From Eggerthellaceae bacterium (lineage in GTDB: Bacteria > Bacillota > Clostridia > Christensenellales > UBA1242): a stretch of 64,000 bases of DNA. The notes under the pieces are model-generated. The model was not told where the DNA came from, did no database searches, and saw only the letters and a list, made by a program, of their open reading frames with translations. Both the position numbers and the translations under genes were made by a program. The stretch lies in assembly GCA_963602685.1 (NCBI GenBank), contig CAVCJG010000001.1, forward strand, positions 13,981 through 77,980, written 5' to 3'. How positions within the stretch are numbered: the first letter of the stretch is position 1; each line of letters opens with the position of its first letter. Positions 27,768 to 36,843 of the stretch are shown here, in pieces.

Positions 27768-29084
27768 ATGAAATTAGGGCCAGATTGGGAATGCGATTTT
27801 TATGATTTTATGTGCTATGTCAAAGAGCACGGCAGAGATAAAAAAGTCAAGCAAGCAGAAAAATTTGTGATAAAAGATGGCTGCGCAAGCGACATACTTG
27901 TGTATGCTTTCACTGTTAAAAAAGCCAACATTAAAAAACTGCAACGTGCGATAATTCAAAAAGGCACTTTGGAAGAAATTTGTTCTTTTGCCGCCGATGT
28001 GGAGCACGCCAATATTAAAGAACTTCAAAAGATTGTTCTCGAAAGGGGCGATGCAGAACTTTGTTGCAATTTTGCCACAAAGGTAAAAGGTGCAAAAATA
28101 GGTCCGCTGCAAGAAAAAGTTATAAACGGCGGCAGCGCTTTAACATGGTATCGTTTTGCAGCAAACGTCGCTGGCGCAGACGTTGAAAGGCTGCAAAATC
28201 TTGTTTTAAAAAATGGCAACGCGATGATCTACTTTTTGTTCGCAAAAAATGTTAAGGGCGCAGATATCAAAAAGCTTCAAGATGCCGTTTATGCGACGGG
28301 AGATATAAAGTATATCAACAAGTTTGCTAAGGAAGTCGCCGGCGCAGACAAGTCGATGTGTATTGACAATTCCGCAGTCGAAAAAATGGCGACGCAAGTA
28401 TTTTGGGAGATCATTCAAAGCGGTGTTAAAAATGCAGCCAAGTTAAGTTACAACAAAGAAAAATGCTTTTCAAAAATTGGCGGGAATCCGCTTGTGCCAA
28501 GCGATTTTATTTGGCCTGTAGATAAACAAAACAAACAGATTCCTTTTGTCATGCAACTTGATTTTGCAGAGCTTACGCAAGGCGAAAAACTTGACGATTT
28601 GCCTAGCGAGGGACTGCTGTATTTGTTTGCTAATGAAGATAAAGTCAACTCGACACAATCTCCAGTTCAGGGCGAGGATTTTCAAGTATTTTATTTAAGG
28701 GCTGAAAAAACAAATCTTATAGAAATGAAACCGGAGATAAAGCCATACAAACAACACTTTTTGAAGGCAAAAATAATTAAGACTTATCCTGGAATCTCAG
28801 GGAACGAAGACCTATATAAACTGATTGATGTTATGCCTGAAGCAGAGTTAAAAAAGTATAACAAACTTTGCGAATTCGATGCCGGAAGAGTTATGGTTGG
28901 CGGGAATCCTAAATATTTTCAAGCAGATGCGCTTGAAAAAGACGAATTGCAACTGCTTCAACTCAGCAGCATCGACGCTCAGCTTATGTGGGGCGACTAT
29001 GGAGAGTTGCATTTAAGCATGAATAAAAGCGATTTGCAAAATCTCAATTTTAACAATATCAAATTGTCGATTGAAACCACCTAA
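27768..29084 (+). CDS. Six 28-aa helical repeats fused to a YwqG/DUF1963-family domain
   Basis: Repeats of type A(N/D)IKKLQxxVxxxGxxxxxxxFAxxVxG with an exact 28-aa period. The C-terminal half matches B. subtilis YwqG blocks: KIGGNP..WP, PFVMQLDFAEL, SEGLLYLF, VGGNPKYFQ, LLQLSS..LMWGDYGELHLSMNKSDLQNLNF. Confidence 0.7.
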   Translation: MKLGPDWECDFYDFMCYVKEHGRDKKVKQAEKFVIKDGCASDILVYAFTVKKANIKKLQRAIIQKGTLEEICSFAADVEHANIKELQKIVLERGDAELCCNFATKVKGAKIGPLQEKVINGGSALTWYRFAANVAGADVERLQNLVLKNGNAMIYFLFAKNVKGADIKKLQDAVYATGDIKYINKFAKEVAGADKSMCIDNSAVEKMATQVFWEIIQSGVKNAAKLSYNKEKCFSKIGGNPLVPSDFIWPVDKQNKQIPFVMQLDFAELTQGEKLDDLPSEGLLYLFANEDKVNSTQSPVQGEDFQVFYLRAEKTNLIEMKPEIKPYKQHFLKAKIIKTYPGISGNEDLYKLIDVMPEAELKKYNKLCEFDAGRVMVGGNPKYFQADALEKDELQLLQLSSIDAQLMWGDYGELHLSMNKSDLQNLNFNNIKLSIETT

Positions 29085-29130
29085 TCGCGCATAGATTTGT
29101 GGGCTCAAACGGCACGCTAAAGGAAAAATA

Positions 29131-29577
29131 ATGGACATTAAAATTTTGAATGAAATAGTAGGAGATCGGATAAATTTAAAATTCGTCAATCTTGTTCCGG
29201 CTGTTCCAGAAAAGCAATTTGTTGATTGCTGCAACTATGACATTTATTTAAAGGACGGCACAAAAATCGGCGAAATCAGCGCAAAGCTAGGAACAAACGA
29301 ATTTACATTTTATATCGGAAATGTTGGCTATTCGATAGACGAAAAATATCGGGGATATGGTTATGCCGTTGAAGCAGTAAAGCTGATAAAAAAACTTTTT
29401 AAAGAAAACGGCTTTAAAAGAATTGTCATAACACAGGTTCCAGAAAACAAGGCATCGAAACGCGTTTGTGAAAAATTGGGAGCAAGATTTTTGGGCGTTT
29501 ATGTCGTGCCGTTAAATCATCTTAGAAGAGTAAAATTCGGCGAAGAATTTATGAACATTTGGGAGCTGGACATTTAA
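29131..29577 (+). CDS. GNAT-family N-acetyltransferase
   Basis: Acetyl-CoA motif A YRGYGYAVEAVKLIKKLF and ENKASKRVCEKLGARF. Confidence 0.75.
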   Translation: MDIKILNEIVGDRINLKFVNLVPAVPEKQFVDCCNYDIYLKDGTKIGEISAKLGTNEFTFYIGNVGYSIDEKYRGYGYAVEAVKLIKKLFKENGFKRIVITQVPENKASKRVCEKLGARFLGVYVVPLNHLRRVKFGEEFMNIWELDI

Positions 29578-29607
29578 TTTAAGTTTACTTGAATATATTT
29601 AATCGTT

Positions 29608-29640
29608 AAAAAGGCAGAGAAAATCACTCTGCTTTTTTGT
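29608..29640 (+). terminator. Intrinsic terminator after the GNAT gene
   Basis: Stem GCAGAG/CTCTGC, 7-nt loop, T6. Confidence 0.65.
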
Positions 29641-29695
29641 TTTGTTTAAAAAAGGATGCATGCTATAATGTTAAAAATTAAGGGAGGGAACAAAT

Positions 29696-30007
29696 ATGCA
29701 AGCAAAAGTAAAAAAGTTTAACGAAAAAAGAGATTGCCATTCTAAACCTATGCCAGTGCATGCAAGGCTAATGGATTTGCAAAGCGAACTGGGAGAGCTT
29801 TCAAAAGAATACTTGAAAAGCACAAGTTATGGCACAAAGGATTTTGCAACCAGCGAAGATTTTTTAATGGAATATGGAGATGTTTTATATTGCGTTTTAT
29901 CGCTTGCAAATGAAGTCGGAATTGACGCAGAGCAATGCTTAGATATGGCTTTAAACAAATATGCGAAAAGAATCGAAAGCAAACAAAAAATGGATAGTGG
30001 CAGATAG
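29696..30007 (+). CDS. MazG-like nucleotide pyrophosphohydrolase (small all-alpha NTP-PPase)
   Basis: 103 aa. ELGELSKEY ... EYGDVLYCVLSLANEVGIDAEQCL ... NKYAKR fits the EExxE/D MazG helical pattern. Confidence 0.65.
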   Translation: MQAKVKKFNEKRDCHSKPMPVHARLMDLQSELGELSKEYLKSTSYGTKDFATSEDFLMEYGDVLYCVLSLANEVGIDAEQCLDMALNKYAKRIESKQKMDSGR

Positions 30008-30101
30008 CCATCGCAATTAAAATTTGAAAATGTATACGGTGCAAAATCATAATGTATACATTTTTTTAATTCTATGTTATAATATTTTTGGAGAAAGAAT
30101 T

Positions 30102-31250
30102 ATGGCAAAAGATAAGTATTTTTTCAATGATAGCGACAAAATAATCGATGTAATTCTATCCGATCAATTCGATCTTGAAAAGCTTGTAAAAGAAATGAAC
30201 AAAGAATTGTATTCGGGCGCTTTTAAGTGGAGTTTTTCTTCGGCAGATTTGTCCAGAAGAGATCTTTCATCCGTTCCAGTTAAAAAGTTGATGAGATTGC
30301 CATTTGGCAACTATACAATTTGGCCACCAAAAGATAAAATGCCAAAAAATTTCGAGCCGGACAAAATCATTGAGGATGCGTTGCATTTTATAGGAAGCGA
30401 TGTTGAAAGTCTTCATAAAAAGGGCATAAAGGGCAAGGGAGCAACGATTGCTTTTATTGATATGCCATTTAATAGAGACCATATTGAACTGGAAGGGGCA
30501 GATATTGAATATGTAGAATTTGAAAAAGGCGCTAGTTCGCATTTTCACGGGTTAGTAACTTCGTCATATTTGGTTGGCAAAAATTTAGGTGTCGCCCCAG
30601 AATCAAAACTGATTTTTTATGCTGCGTCTTGCGGCAAGCAAGGCCAAAATGAAATACAAAGCATGATAGAGAATGAATTTAAAGCAATTCTTGATGTTAT
30701 CGACAGAAGCAGAAAAGGTGAAAAGATAGACATTGTTGGGCAGTCTGGTTCGATAGAATATCATATTTCGATGCTTAAAGATGAAGAGAAGGAAAGATAC
30801 TATACTGAAAAGTTTAATGAGATAAAAAATGAGCTTAAAAAAGAAAATATTTTTTATTTAAGTTCGCAAAATTTCTTTGATATGTTTAGTTATTGCAGAA
30901 AAGTAGATCCAACCAAAAATAACTATGATTTAGACAATTATGTAAACGCTTTTTCTAAAAGAAACGTCGATTCAAACCTGCCATGCGTCATTCCTGTTGG
31001 AAAATTATCGCCGATTGATGACACAAAAGACGGATATAAATATGAAAATTGCGCGGGCTCTGCTAGTTGGAGCATTCCGCTTGTCGTGGGCATGTTTGCG
31101 CTTAGCAGACAACTAAGCAAAGATATATCTTTTGAAAAGTTTTATGATATCGTTCGAAAAACCGCAAAGACAAACGCTAATGGATTGTCGCTTATATCAA
31201 TGGAAGGCGTATATAAAACGCTGTCGCACAATAAAGAACTTTTAAAATAA
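30102..31250 (+). CDS. Cytoplasmic subtilase (S8)-like protein
   Basis: ATG at 30102 follows the extended -10 TGTTATAAT and RBS GGAGAAAG. Asp block GKGATIAFIDMPF, His block HFHGLVTSS, Ser block GSASWSIPLVVGMFAL. No signal peptide. Confidence 0.5.
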   Translation: MAKDKYFFNDSDKIIDVILSDQFDLEKLVKEMNKELYSGAFKWSFSSADLSRRDLSSVPVKKLMRLPFGNYTIWPPKDKMPKNFEPDKIIEDALHFIGSDVESLHKKGIKGKGATIAFIDMPFNRDHIELEGADIEYVEFEKGASSHFHGLVTSSYLVGKNLGVAPESKLIFYAASCGKQGQNEIQSMIENEFKAILDVIDRSRKGEKIDIVGQSGSIEYHISMLKDEEKERYYTEKFNEIKNELKKENIFYLSSQNFFDMFSYCRKVDPTKNNYDLDNYVNAFSKRNVDSNLPCVIPVGKLSPIDDTKDGYKYENCAGSASWSIPLVVGMFALSRQLSKDISFEKFYDIVRKTAKTNANGLSLISMEGVYKTLSHNKELLK

Positions 31251-31326
31251 TCGAAATCAGGGCGCGGCAGCAGGTTCGCCGTAGTAGCGTTTTACGGGCG
31301 CGATTTTACATTCACTTTTTAGGCAA

Positions 31327-31359
31327 CAAAAAACTCACTCGTCAGAGTGAGCTTTTATT
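31327..31359. terminator. Bidirectional terminator between the convergent genes
   Basis: A-run, stem CTCACTC/GAGTGAG with loop GTCA, T-run. Confidence 0.7.
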
Positions 31360-32061
31360 TTACAATTCAGGGTCGTCAGGATTTTCAGGTGGTTTTGGAA
31401 CGCCGTCTATTGCCGCTTCGGTGACAAAATCACAATAATCGTTCAAAAATTCATATTCGTTAATCATATTTTCGTGTTTGTCTTGTTCGTTTGCCTTTTC
31501 TTCTTCAGTCGCATTTTTTTCGTCAAAATTGACTGCGTCAAACAATCTATCGCGTGCGATTTCTTCAAATTGATCATACGCATCGCATATTACTGAACTT
31601 GCATCAAGCGCAATATCATCAACGTTTGAATATTGCTCATCAATGAATTGAACACGCTCGCGAGCAGGGATGCGGAGAATTCTTTTAATTCTTTTTGCGC
31701 TTGCTAAATTTTTACTGGAGTGAATTAAACCAGGTATAGCGACTAATGCGGTTGCTACTGCAGTGGCGAGTGGACTTTTTTGGAAATATGTAAATAATCC
31801 AATAATTGTACCAATTGCTGCGCTAGATGCGGCAAGAGAGGAAAGTCCGCATACGATTCTGGTTTTAAGTATTCTTTTAAGTGAGTCTTCAGCCTTTTCG
31901 TGTCCGGCGACAAGCAACAACCCTGTGGCTTCAGGATTTTTCAAGTTTGCTATGTCTAAGCTGTCATCGTCTAAATTGATGGCGATGTCAACAAGCACGT
32001 CTTGCTCTTTTTGGCTTTTGTTGTAAAATTCCATTTCTTTTGTATCTTTTTCGTCTTTCAT
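31360..32061 (-). CDS. Hypothetical membrane protein (233 aa) with acidic termini and a central two-helix hairpin
   Basis: Hydrophobic segments GLSSLAASSAAIGTIIGLFTYF and LATAVATALVAIPGLI. It is the only minus-strand gene inside the dcw region. Confidence 0.5.
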   Translation of the reverse strand: MKDEKDTKEMEFYNKSQKEQDVLVDIAINLDDDSLDIANLKNPEATGLLLVAGHEKAEDSLKRILKTRIVCGLSSLAASSAAIGTIIGLFTYFQKSPLATAVATALVAIPGLIHSSKNLASAKRIKRILRIPARERVQFIDEQYSNVDDIALDASSVICDAYDQFEEIARDRLFDAVNFDEKNATEEEKANEQDKHENMINEYEFLNDYCDFVTEAAIDGVPKPPENPDDPEL

Positions 32062-32177
32062 ATTTATATTTTACCACTTTATGCTGCGCTCGTCAATACC
32101 CAAAAATGTAACTATGGTGGCAAAAAAATCATACAATTTATTGTGAGTGTAAATCTTTTTACAAAAGAGGAAACGAT

Positions 32178-33437
32178 ATGAGTAAGTTGTTGATTCAAGG
32201 CGGGAAAAAACTTTCCGGCTCTTTTGATGTGCCTGCGGCAAAAAATGCCTATTTGCCAATTTTGGCGGCAAGCATTTTAAGTGAAGAAAAAGTTGTTTTA
32301 CATAATTACCCAGGTTTTGCTGACACAGAAAACATGTGCAACATTCTTTCGTCAATAGGAGTCAAAATTGAAAGGCAAGATGATTGCTTGATTGTTGATC
32401 CGTCTTCGCTTTTTTCGTGGAGCATAGAAAGTGAACTGGCAAGTCAAGTTCGCTCGTCTATTTTTATGCTTGGCGCGCTGCTTGCAAAAGAGCGCAAGGC
32501 AAAAGTGGCGTATCCCGGCGGATGCGAAATAGGCGCTAGGCCGATTGATATTCATCTTTCGGGCTTTCGCAAAATGGGCGTGAAGGTTGAAGAAAAACAC
32601 GGATATATTTATTGCGACGCTTCGGGCATTCATTCGGCGTTTTTGACACTTGATTTTCCAAGCGTTGGGGCGACTGAAAGTTTGATGATGGCGGCGTGTC
32701 TTTGCGACGGAGAGACTCGCATTTTAAACGCGGCAAAAGAGCCTGAGATAGTTGATTTGCAAAACTTTTTAAACGCGATGGGGGCGGAGGTTCATGGCGC
32801 GGGAAGCAGCGAAATTGTAATTTTTGGCGTCAAAAAGTTGCACGGCTGCGAATATGATCCAATAAAAGACCGCATCATTGCCGGCACTTATATGATTGCA
32901 ACCGCTATGTGTGGTGGAGATGTGCTGATAAATGGCGTTAAAGGCGCAAATTTGCAGGCGCTTATTGATAAATTAGACAAAACCGCTTGCTTAATTGATG
33001 TAAAAAATGATAAAATTAGGGTGACTAGAGGAGACTGTCGTTTAGGGTGCTTAGGCAAGATTGAAACGTCAGTTTATCCAGGACTTCCAACCGATTTGCA
33101 GGCACAGCTTTTGGCTCTTGCCACCATCAGCGAAGGAACAAGCATAATTGTTGAAAACGTGTTTGAATCGCGCTTTAAACATGTTCCGGAACTTATAAAA
33201 ATGGGGGCGGATGTGCACGTTTGTGACCGTGTGGCAGTTGTTCGAGGCTGCAACGCTCTTTACGGAGCGCCAGTTTGCGGAATGGAACTTCGCGGGACGG
33301 CATCGCTTGTCTTGGCTGGACTTGTCGCAGAAGGCTATACAACCGTTTCTGGCGTTAAACACGTCGACCGCGGTTACAACAAAATCGAAACCGACCTCGC
33401 TTCGCTTGGGGCAGACATAAAAAGGATTGACGATTGA
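32178..33437 (+). CDS. murA: UDP-N-acetylglucosamine 1-carboxyvinyltransferase
   Basis: 419 aa. KNAYLPILAA, active-site loop YPGGCEIGARPID (Cys retained), C-terminal HVDRGY. Confidence 0.9.
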   Translation: MSKLLIQGGKKLSGSFDVPAAKNAYLPILAASILSEEKVVLHNYPGFADTENMCNILSSIGVKIERQDDCLIVDPSSLFSWSIESELASQVRSSIFMLGALLAKERKAKVAYPGGCEIGARPIDIHLSGFRKMGVKVEEKHGYIYCDASGIHSAFLTLDFPSVGATESLMMAACLCDGETRILNAAKEPEIVDLQNFLNAMGAEVHGAGSSEIVIFGVKKLHGCEYDPIKDRIIAGTYMIATAMCGGDVLINGVKGANLQALIDKLDKTACLIDVKNDKIRVTRGDCRLGCLGKIETSVYPGLPTDLQAQLLALATISEGTSIIVENVFESRFKHVPELIKMGADVHVCDRVAVVRGCNALYGAPVCGMELRGTASLVLAGLVAEGYTTVSGVKHVDRGYNKIETDLASLGADIKRIDD

Positions 33438-34258
33438 AGAAAAAATGGATCATCGCATTGAGTGTCATAGGACTTGTTGTTATCACCATTGTGATTTTGT
33501 CTTTTACGCTTTTCACCGTTCAGCAGATTTCAATCGACTATAGGACAAGCCTTCAACACGAATATAATGACGAACAAATAATATCAGATTCAAAATTGCC
33601 AAAAGGCAAGAATATAATTTTTCTTAAAAAGCAACCTTATATTGACAACATAGAAAGGGCATATCCTTATTTAGAAGTTATAAATATAGAAACATCTTTT
33701 CCATCAAAACTCACAATTCATGTGCGCGAAAGACAGCCATTTTATGCTGTTAAAAGCGAAAACGGATATTTTCTTGTTGACCCAACAATGAAAGTTCTTG
33801 AAGAAGTTGAAACATTTGATTCGACTCAGACCAATCCAATTTTGCTTCCGTTTACAATAGGCGGAACAGTAGGCGAAAAACTTGACTTAGCATATTTGGA
33901 TGATTTTTACGATGCAATTCTTCTCAATTCAAAAACTCGCGAAGACGGGCTTGCAAACTTTAAACAAATTGAATATTTTGAAAGCGAAAACGAAGTTTAT
34001 CACAACAGCGAAACAGGCTTAAAAATCACGCTGCATTCGGGCAGAGTTGTATATTTGCACAATGCTGCATATGGTCTTGCATACAAGTTAAACAAATTCT
34101 ATGCGGTTGAAAATTCGCTTTATAAACTGGCGGACAAGCTTACGACCGACCAAATTCAAAACAGCGAAATTCACATAAACAATTATTTAGGTTCAACCTA
34201 TGATGAAAGCGATAGTTATTTCTATTTGGTCTACAACGGCGAAAGAATAACGCTGTGA
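33434..34258 (+). CDS. ftsQ: Cell division protein FtsQ/DivIB
   Basis: N-terminal TM followed by POTRA-like and FtsQ-like regions. Located directly upstream of ftsA-ftsZ. TTG start. Confidence 0.7.
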   Translation: MKKKWIIALSVIGLVVITIVILSFTLFTVQQISIDYRTSLQHEYNDEQIISDSKLPKGKNIIFLKKQPYIDNIERAYPYLEVINIETSFPSKLTIHVRERQPFYAVKSENGYFLVDPTMKVLEEVETFDSTQTNPILLPFTIGGTVGEKLDLAYLDDFYDAILLNSKTREDGLANFKQIEYFESENEVYHNSETGLKITLHSGRVVYLHNAAYGLAYKLNKFYAVENSLYKLADKLTTDQIQNSEIHINNYLGSTYDESDSYFYLVYNGERITL

Positions 34259-34296
34259 ATACTCATGCAAAAAAATAAATATTTATAAAAAAATCA

Positions 34297-34325
34297 TTGA
34301 CAAATCTTGGCAAAACGTTTACAAT
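34297..34325 (+). promoter_or_regulatory. Sigma-A-type promoter upstream of ftsA
   Basis: TTGACA - 17 nt - TACAAT. Confidence 0.5.
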
Positions 34326-34344
34326 AAAGGAGAAAAGGTGAGAA

Positions 34345-35466
34345 ATGTTTGATAAAGAAGCAGTTTGTTTAGAAATTGGATCATCAAAATTAAGAGTCAT
34401 CGTTGCAAGTGAGGGCGTAAACAACACTTTGGTTGTTAAAGAATGCGCTTCTCGCGAATATGACGGCTTTTTTCAAGGCGAATTTGTCGACAGCGAAAAG
34501 TTAGGCAAAAACTTATTCGAACTTTTCAATTCGATTGATTACAAAAAGAAAAAATACAACAAAAAACTTTACATATCTCTGCCTGCTGAGATGACAAAAG
34601 TTGTCAACGCCACCGCTTCTATCGAACTTGACGGAATGGGCAAGGCATCAAAGGCTGATGTTGAAAACCTTAAATATCAAGCATCTGTAAAAGCAAAGCC
34701 AGACGAATGTGAAGTTGTCACAATTTCACCTATTAAATATTTGATTGATGACAATCAAGTCGACGATGTTGTTGGCAAAAAAGGCCGCAGCATTACAGGT
34801 TATTTTTCACTTATAATTTGCGAAAAATCGTTGATTGAAAAACTCAATTCACTTGTTTCAGAACTTGGATTTAGCAGCGTTGAATATTTAAGCGAAGTTT
34901 TATGCCAATCGCTGTTTGTTATCCCTGAAGAAGAGCGCAAAGACGGCGCGATTTTAATTGACGTTGGACATTTGACAACAAGTGTGGCGTTTGTTAAAAA
35001 CGAAGGCATCAATTCACTTACATCATTTTCAATCGGTGGCGGGCACATAACAAGCGACCTTTGCGAAGCGTTTGACCTTGCTTATGAAGATGCTGAAAAG
35101 TTGAAACGCATGTGTGTAATCTCCGTGGCTGCTGAACCACTTGATTATTATGACTTGCCATCAGTTGAGGGAAGAATACAAAGAATCCCAGAAATGGATA
35201 CAAATCAAGTTGTATCTTATCGTCTTGAAACCATCGCATCGGCAATCAATCAATGCCTTATTATTCAAGACATAAACATTTCAAACTATCTTCCAATCTA
35301 TCTTACAGGTGGCGGAGTAAGCAAAATCAAAGGCGGACGCGACTTTTTGTCGAAATGCTTGGGCAGAAATGTTGCGTTTGGAAGAGCACCACTTCCAGGA
35401 AAAAACAAACCAGAAGACGCTTTAATCTATTCAATAGCGTGGTTTGCACTTAAAAATTGCGATTAA
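34345..35466 (+). CDS. ftsA: Cell division protein FtsA (short form)
   Basis: Actin-fold phosphate motifs LEIGSSKLRV, IDVGHLTTSVA, LTGGGVSKIKG. Located upstream of ftsZ. Confidence 0.8.
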   Translation: MFDKEAVCLEIGSSKLRVIVASEGVNNTLVVKECASREYDGFFQGEFVDSEKLGKNLFELFNSIDYKKKKYNKKLYISLPAEMTKVVNATASIELDGMGKASKADVENLKYQASVKAKPDECEVVTISPIKYLIDDNQVDDVVGKKGRSITGYFSLIICEKSLIEKLNSLVSELGFSSVEYLSEVLCQSLFVIPEEERKDGAILIDVGHLTTSVAFVKNEGINSLTSFSIGGGHITSDLCEAFDLAYEDAEKLKRMCVISVAAEPLDYYDLPSVEGRIQRIPEMDTNQVVSYRLETIASAINQCLIIQDINISNYLPIYLTGGGVSKIKGGRDFLSKCLGRNVAFGRAPLPGKNKPEDALIYSIAWFALKNCD

Positions 35467-35530
35467 ATGCAGCAAATTGCTTGCAAAAATCAATAATATT
35501 GTTTAAAATATTCATTAAGGAGAATTCATT

Positions 35531-36691
35531 ATGGAAAATACTTCATTTGCCAAGATCAAAGTTGTCGGAGTAGGCGGCGGCGGAAACAACGCTGTCAACA
35601 GAATGATCGATGCAGGCGTTGATTCTGCAGAGTTTGTTGCAGTAAACACAGATAAACAAGCGCTTGTAGTAAGCAAAGCACCTGTTAGACTTCAAATTGG
35701 CGAACGTCTTACATCAGGACTTGGCGCAGGCGGAAAACCTGAAATCGGACAAAAATCAGCAGAAGAATCAAAAGCTTCTATCACAGAAATGCTTGAAGGC
35801 GCTCACCTTGTATTTATTACAGCAGGTATGGGCGGCGGAACAGGAACTGGGGCTGCTCCAGTTGTTGCTCAAATCGCAAAAGAAATGGGAATTTTGACAA
35901 TCGCTGTTGTTACAAAACCTTTCGCTTTCGAAAGCAGAGTAAGAGCAGAAAACGCTGAAAAAGGAATTCAAGAACTTAAAAAATACGTCGACACAATGGT
36001 TATCATTCCAAATGAAAGACTTTTCCAAATTGTTCCTAAGAAAACACCTATCTTAGAAGCATTTAGATATGCCGATGATGTTCTTCGTCAAGGTATCCAA
36101 GGTATTTCAGACCTTATCGCTAAACCTGGTCTTATCAACCTTGACTTCGCTGACGTAAAAACAATCATGGAAAACAAAGGCCTTGCTCATATGGGCATCG
36201 GACACGGCAAAGGTGAAACAAAGGCTCTTGACGCTGTTAAAGAAGCAGTTGCAAGCCCACTTATCGAAACAACAATCGAAGGTGCTAAAGGTTTGCTTCT
36301 CAACGTAAAAGGCGGAATGGATCTTACTCAAGAAGACGTAAGTGAAGTTGCTATGCTTGTTCAAGAAGTAATCGACCCAAGCTGCACAGTTATCTTTGGT
36401 AACAGCATCGATGAAAACATGCATGACGAAATCGAAGTTACAATTATTGCAACTGGTTTCCCAACAGTAGAAGACAAAGCTAAAACTGCAGAAGCAGAAG
36501 AAGCCAAAAACTTTAACCCTGACTTTGCAGAAAAAGAACCTGTAAAAGGACTTGCTGCTCTTAAAAACCAACCTAAAGAAGAAGAAAAACCTGAAGTTTC
36601 TGTAAGAAGAGAAGAAGGCAATTCTTCAAGAGTTGATGTCGACACATCAATTCCTGCTTGGCTTAGACAACTTCGCAGCAAAAAGAAATAA
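35531..36691 (+). CDS. ftsZ: Cell division protein FtsZ
   Basis: [13 protein letters not shown], tubulin signature [14 protein letters not shown]-terminal peptide [10 protein letters not shown]. Confidence 0.97.
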   Translation: MENTSFAKIKVVGVGGGGNNAVNRMIDAGVDSAEFVAVNTDKQALVVSKAPVRLQIGERLTSGLGAGGKPEIGQKSAEESKASITEMLEGAHLVFITAGMGGGTGTGAAPVVAQIAKEMGILTIAVVTKPFAFESRVRAENAEKGIQELKKYVDTMVIIPNERLFQIVPKKTPILEAFRYADDVLRQGIQGISDLIAKPGLINLDFADVKTIMENKGLAHMGIGHGKGETKALDAVKEAVASPLIETTIEGAKGLLLNVKGGMDLTQEDVSEVAMLVQEVIDPSCTVIFGNSIDENMHDEIEVTIIATGFPTVEDKAKTAEAEEAKNFNPDFAEKEPVKGLAALKNQPKEEEKPEVSVRREEGNSSRVDVDTSIPAWLRQLRSKKK

Positions 36692-36703
36692 TTTTTGATT
36701 ATT

Positions 36704-36728
36704 AAAACTCCCGCATGGGAGTTTTTTT
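36704..36728 (+). terminator. Intrinsic terminator after ftsZ
   Basis: AAAACTCCC GCAT GGGAGTTTTTTT. Confidence 0.8.
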
Positions 36729-36794
36729 ATGTCGCTTTTATAGTGGTGCATCTGTCAAGATATGCAAACAATTTAAAAACAGCCAAGATCGGCA

Positions 36795-36822
36795 TTGACA
36801 AATCAAACAATTATGATATAAT
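36795..36822 (+). promoter_or_regulatory. Sigma-A-type promoter with extended -10
   Basis: TTGACA - 16 nt - (TGA)TATAAT upstream of the 88-aa ORF. Confidence 0.5.
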
Positions 36823-36843
36823 TTTATTTGTAAAGAGGTTATT

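Noticed and set aside
31262-31312. Short GC-rich patch (CAGGGCGCGGCAGCAGGTTCGCCG...ACGGGCGCG) sharing GGGCGCGGC with the 47.8-kb element
   Set aside because: I could not draw a convincing stem-loop. The shared 9-mer is expected by chance between two GC-rich stretches. It is too short to call a second copy of the element.
24087-32177. Calling the island a prophage remnant, ICE, transposon or defence island
   Set aside because: No integrase, transposase, recombinase, phage structural gene, restriction enzyme, or known defence or toxin-antitoxin signature was recognisable in any frame. Only the 45-bp direct repeat around the first 1.6 kb hints at a mobility mechanism.
32071-32355. 94-aa minus-strand ORF spanning the murA start, and similar ORFs at 19181-19432 and 36738-36953
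   Set aside because: They overlap confidently called starts or promoter regions of murA, murE and the 88-aa gene, and they have no translation signals.
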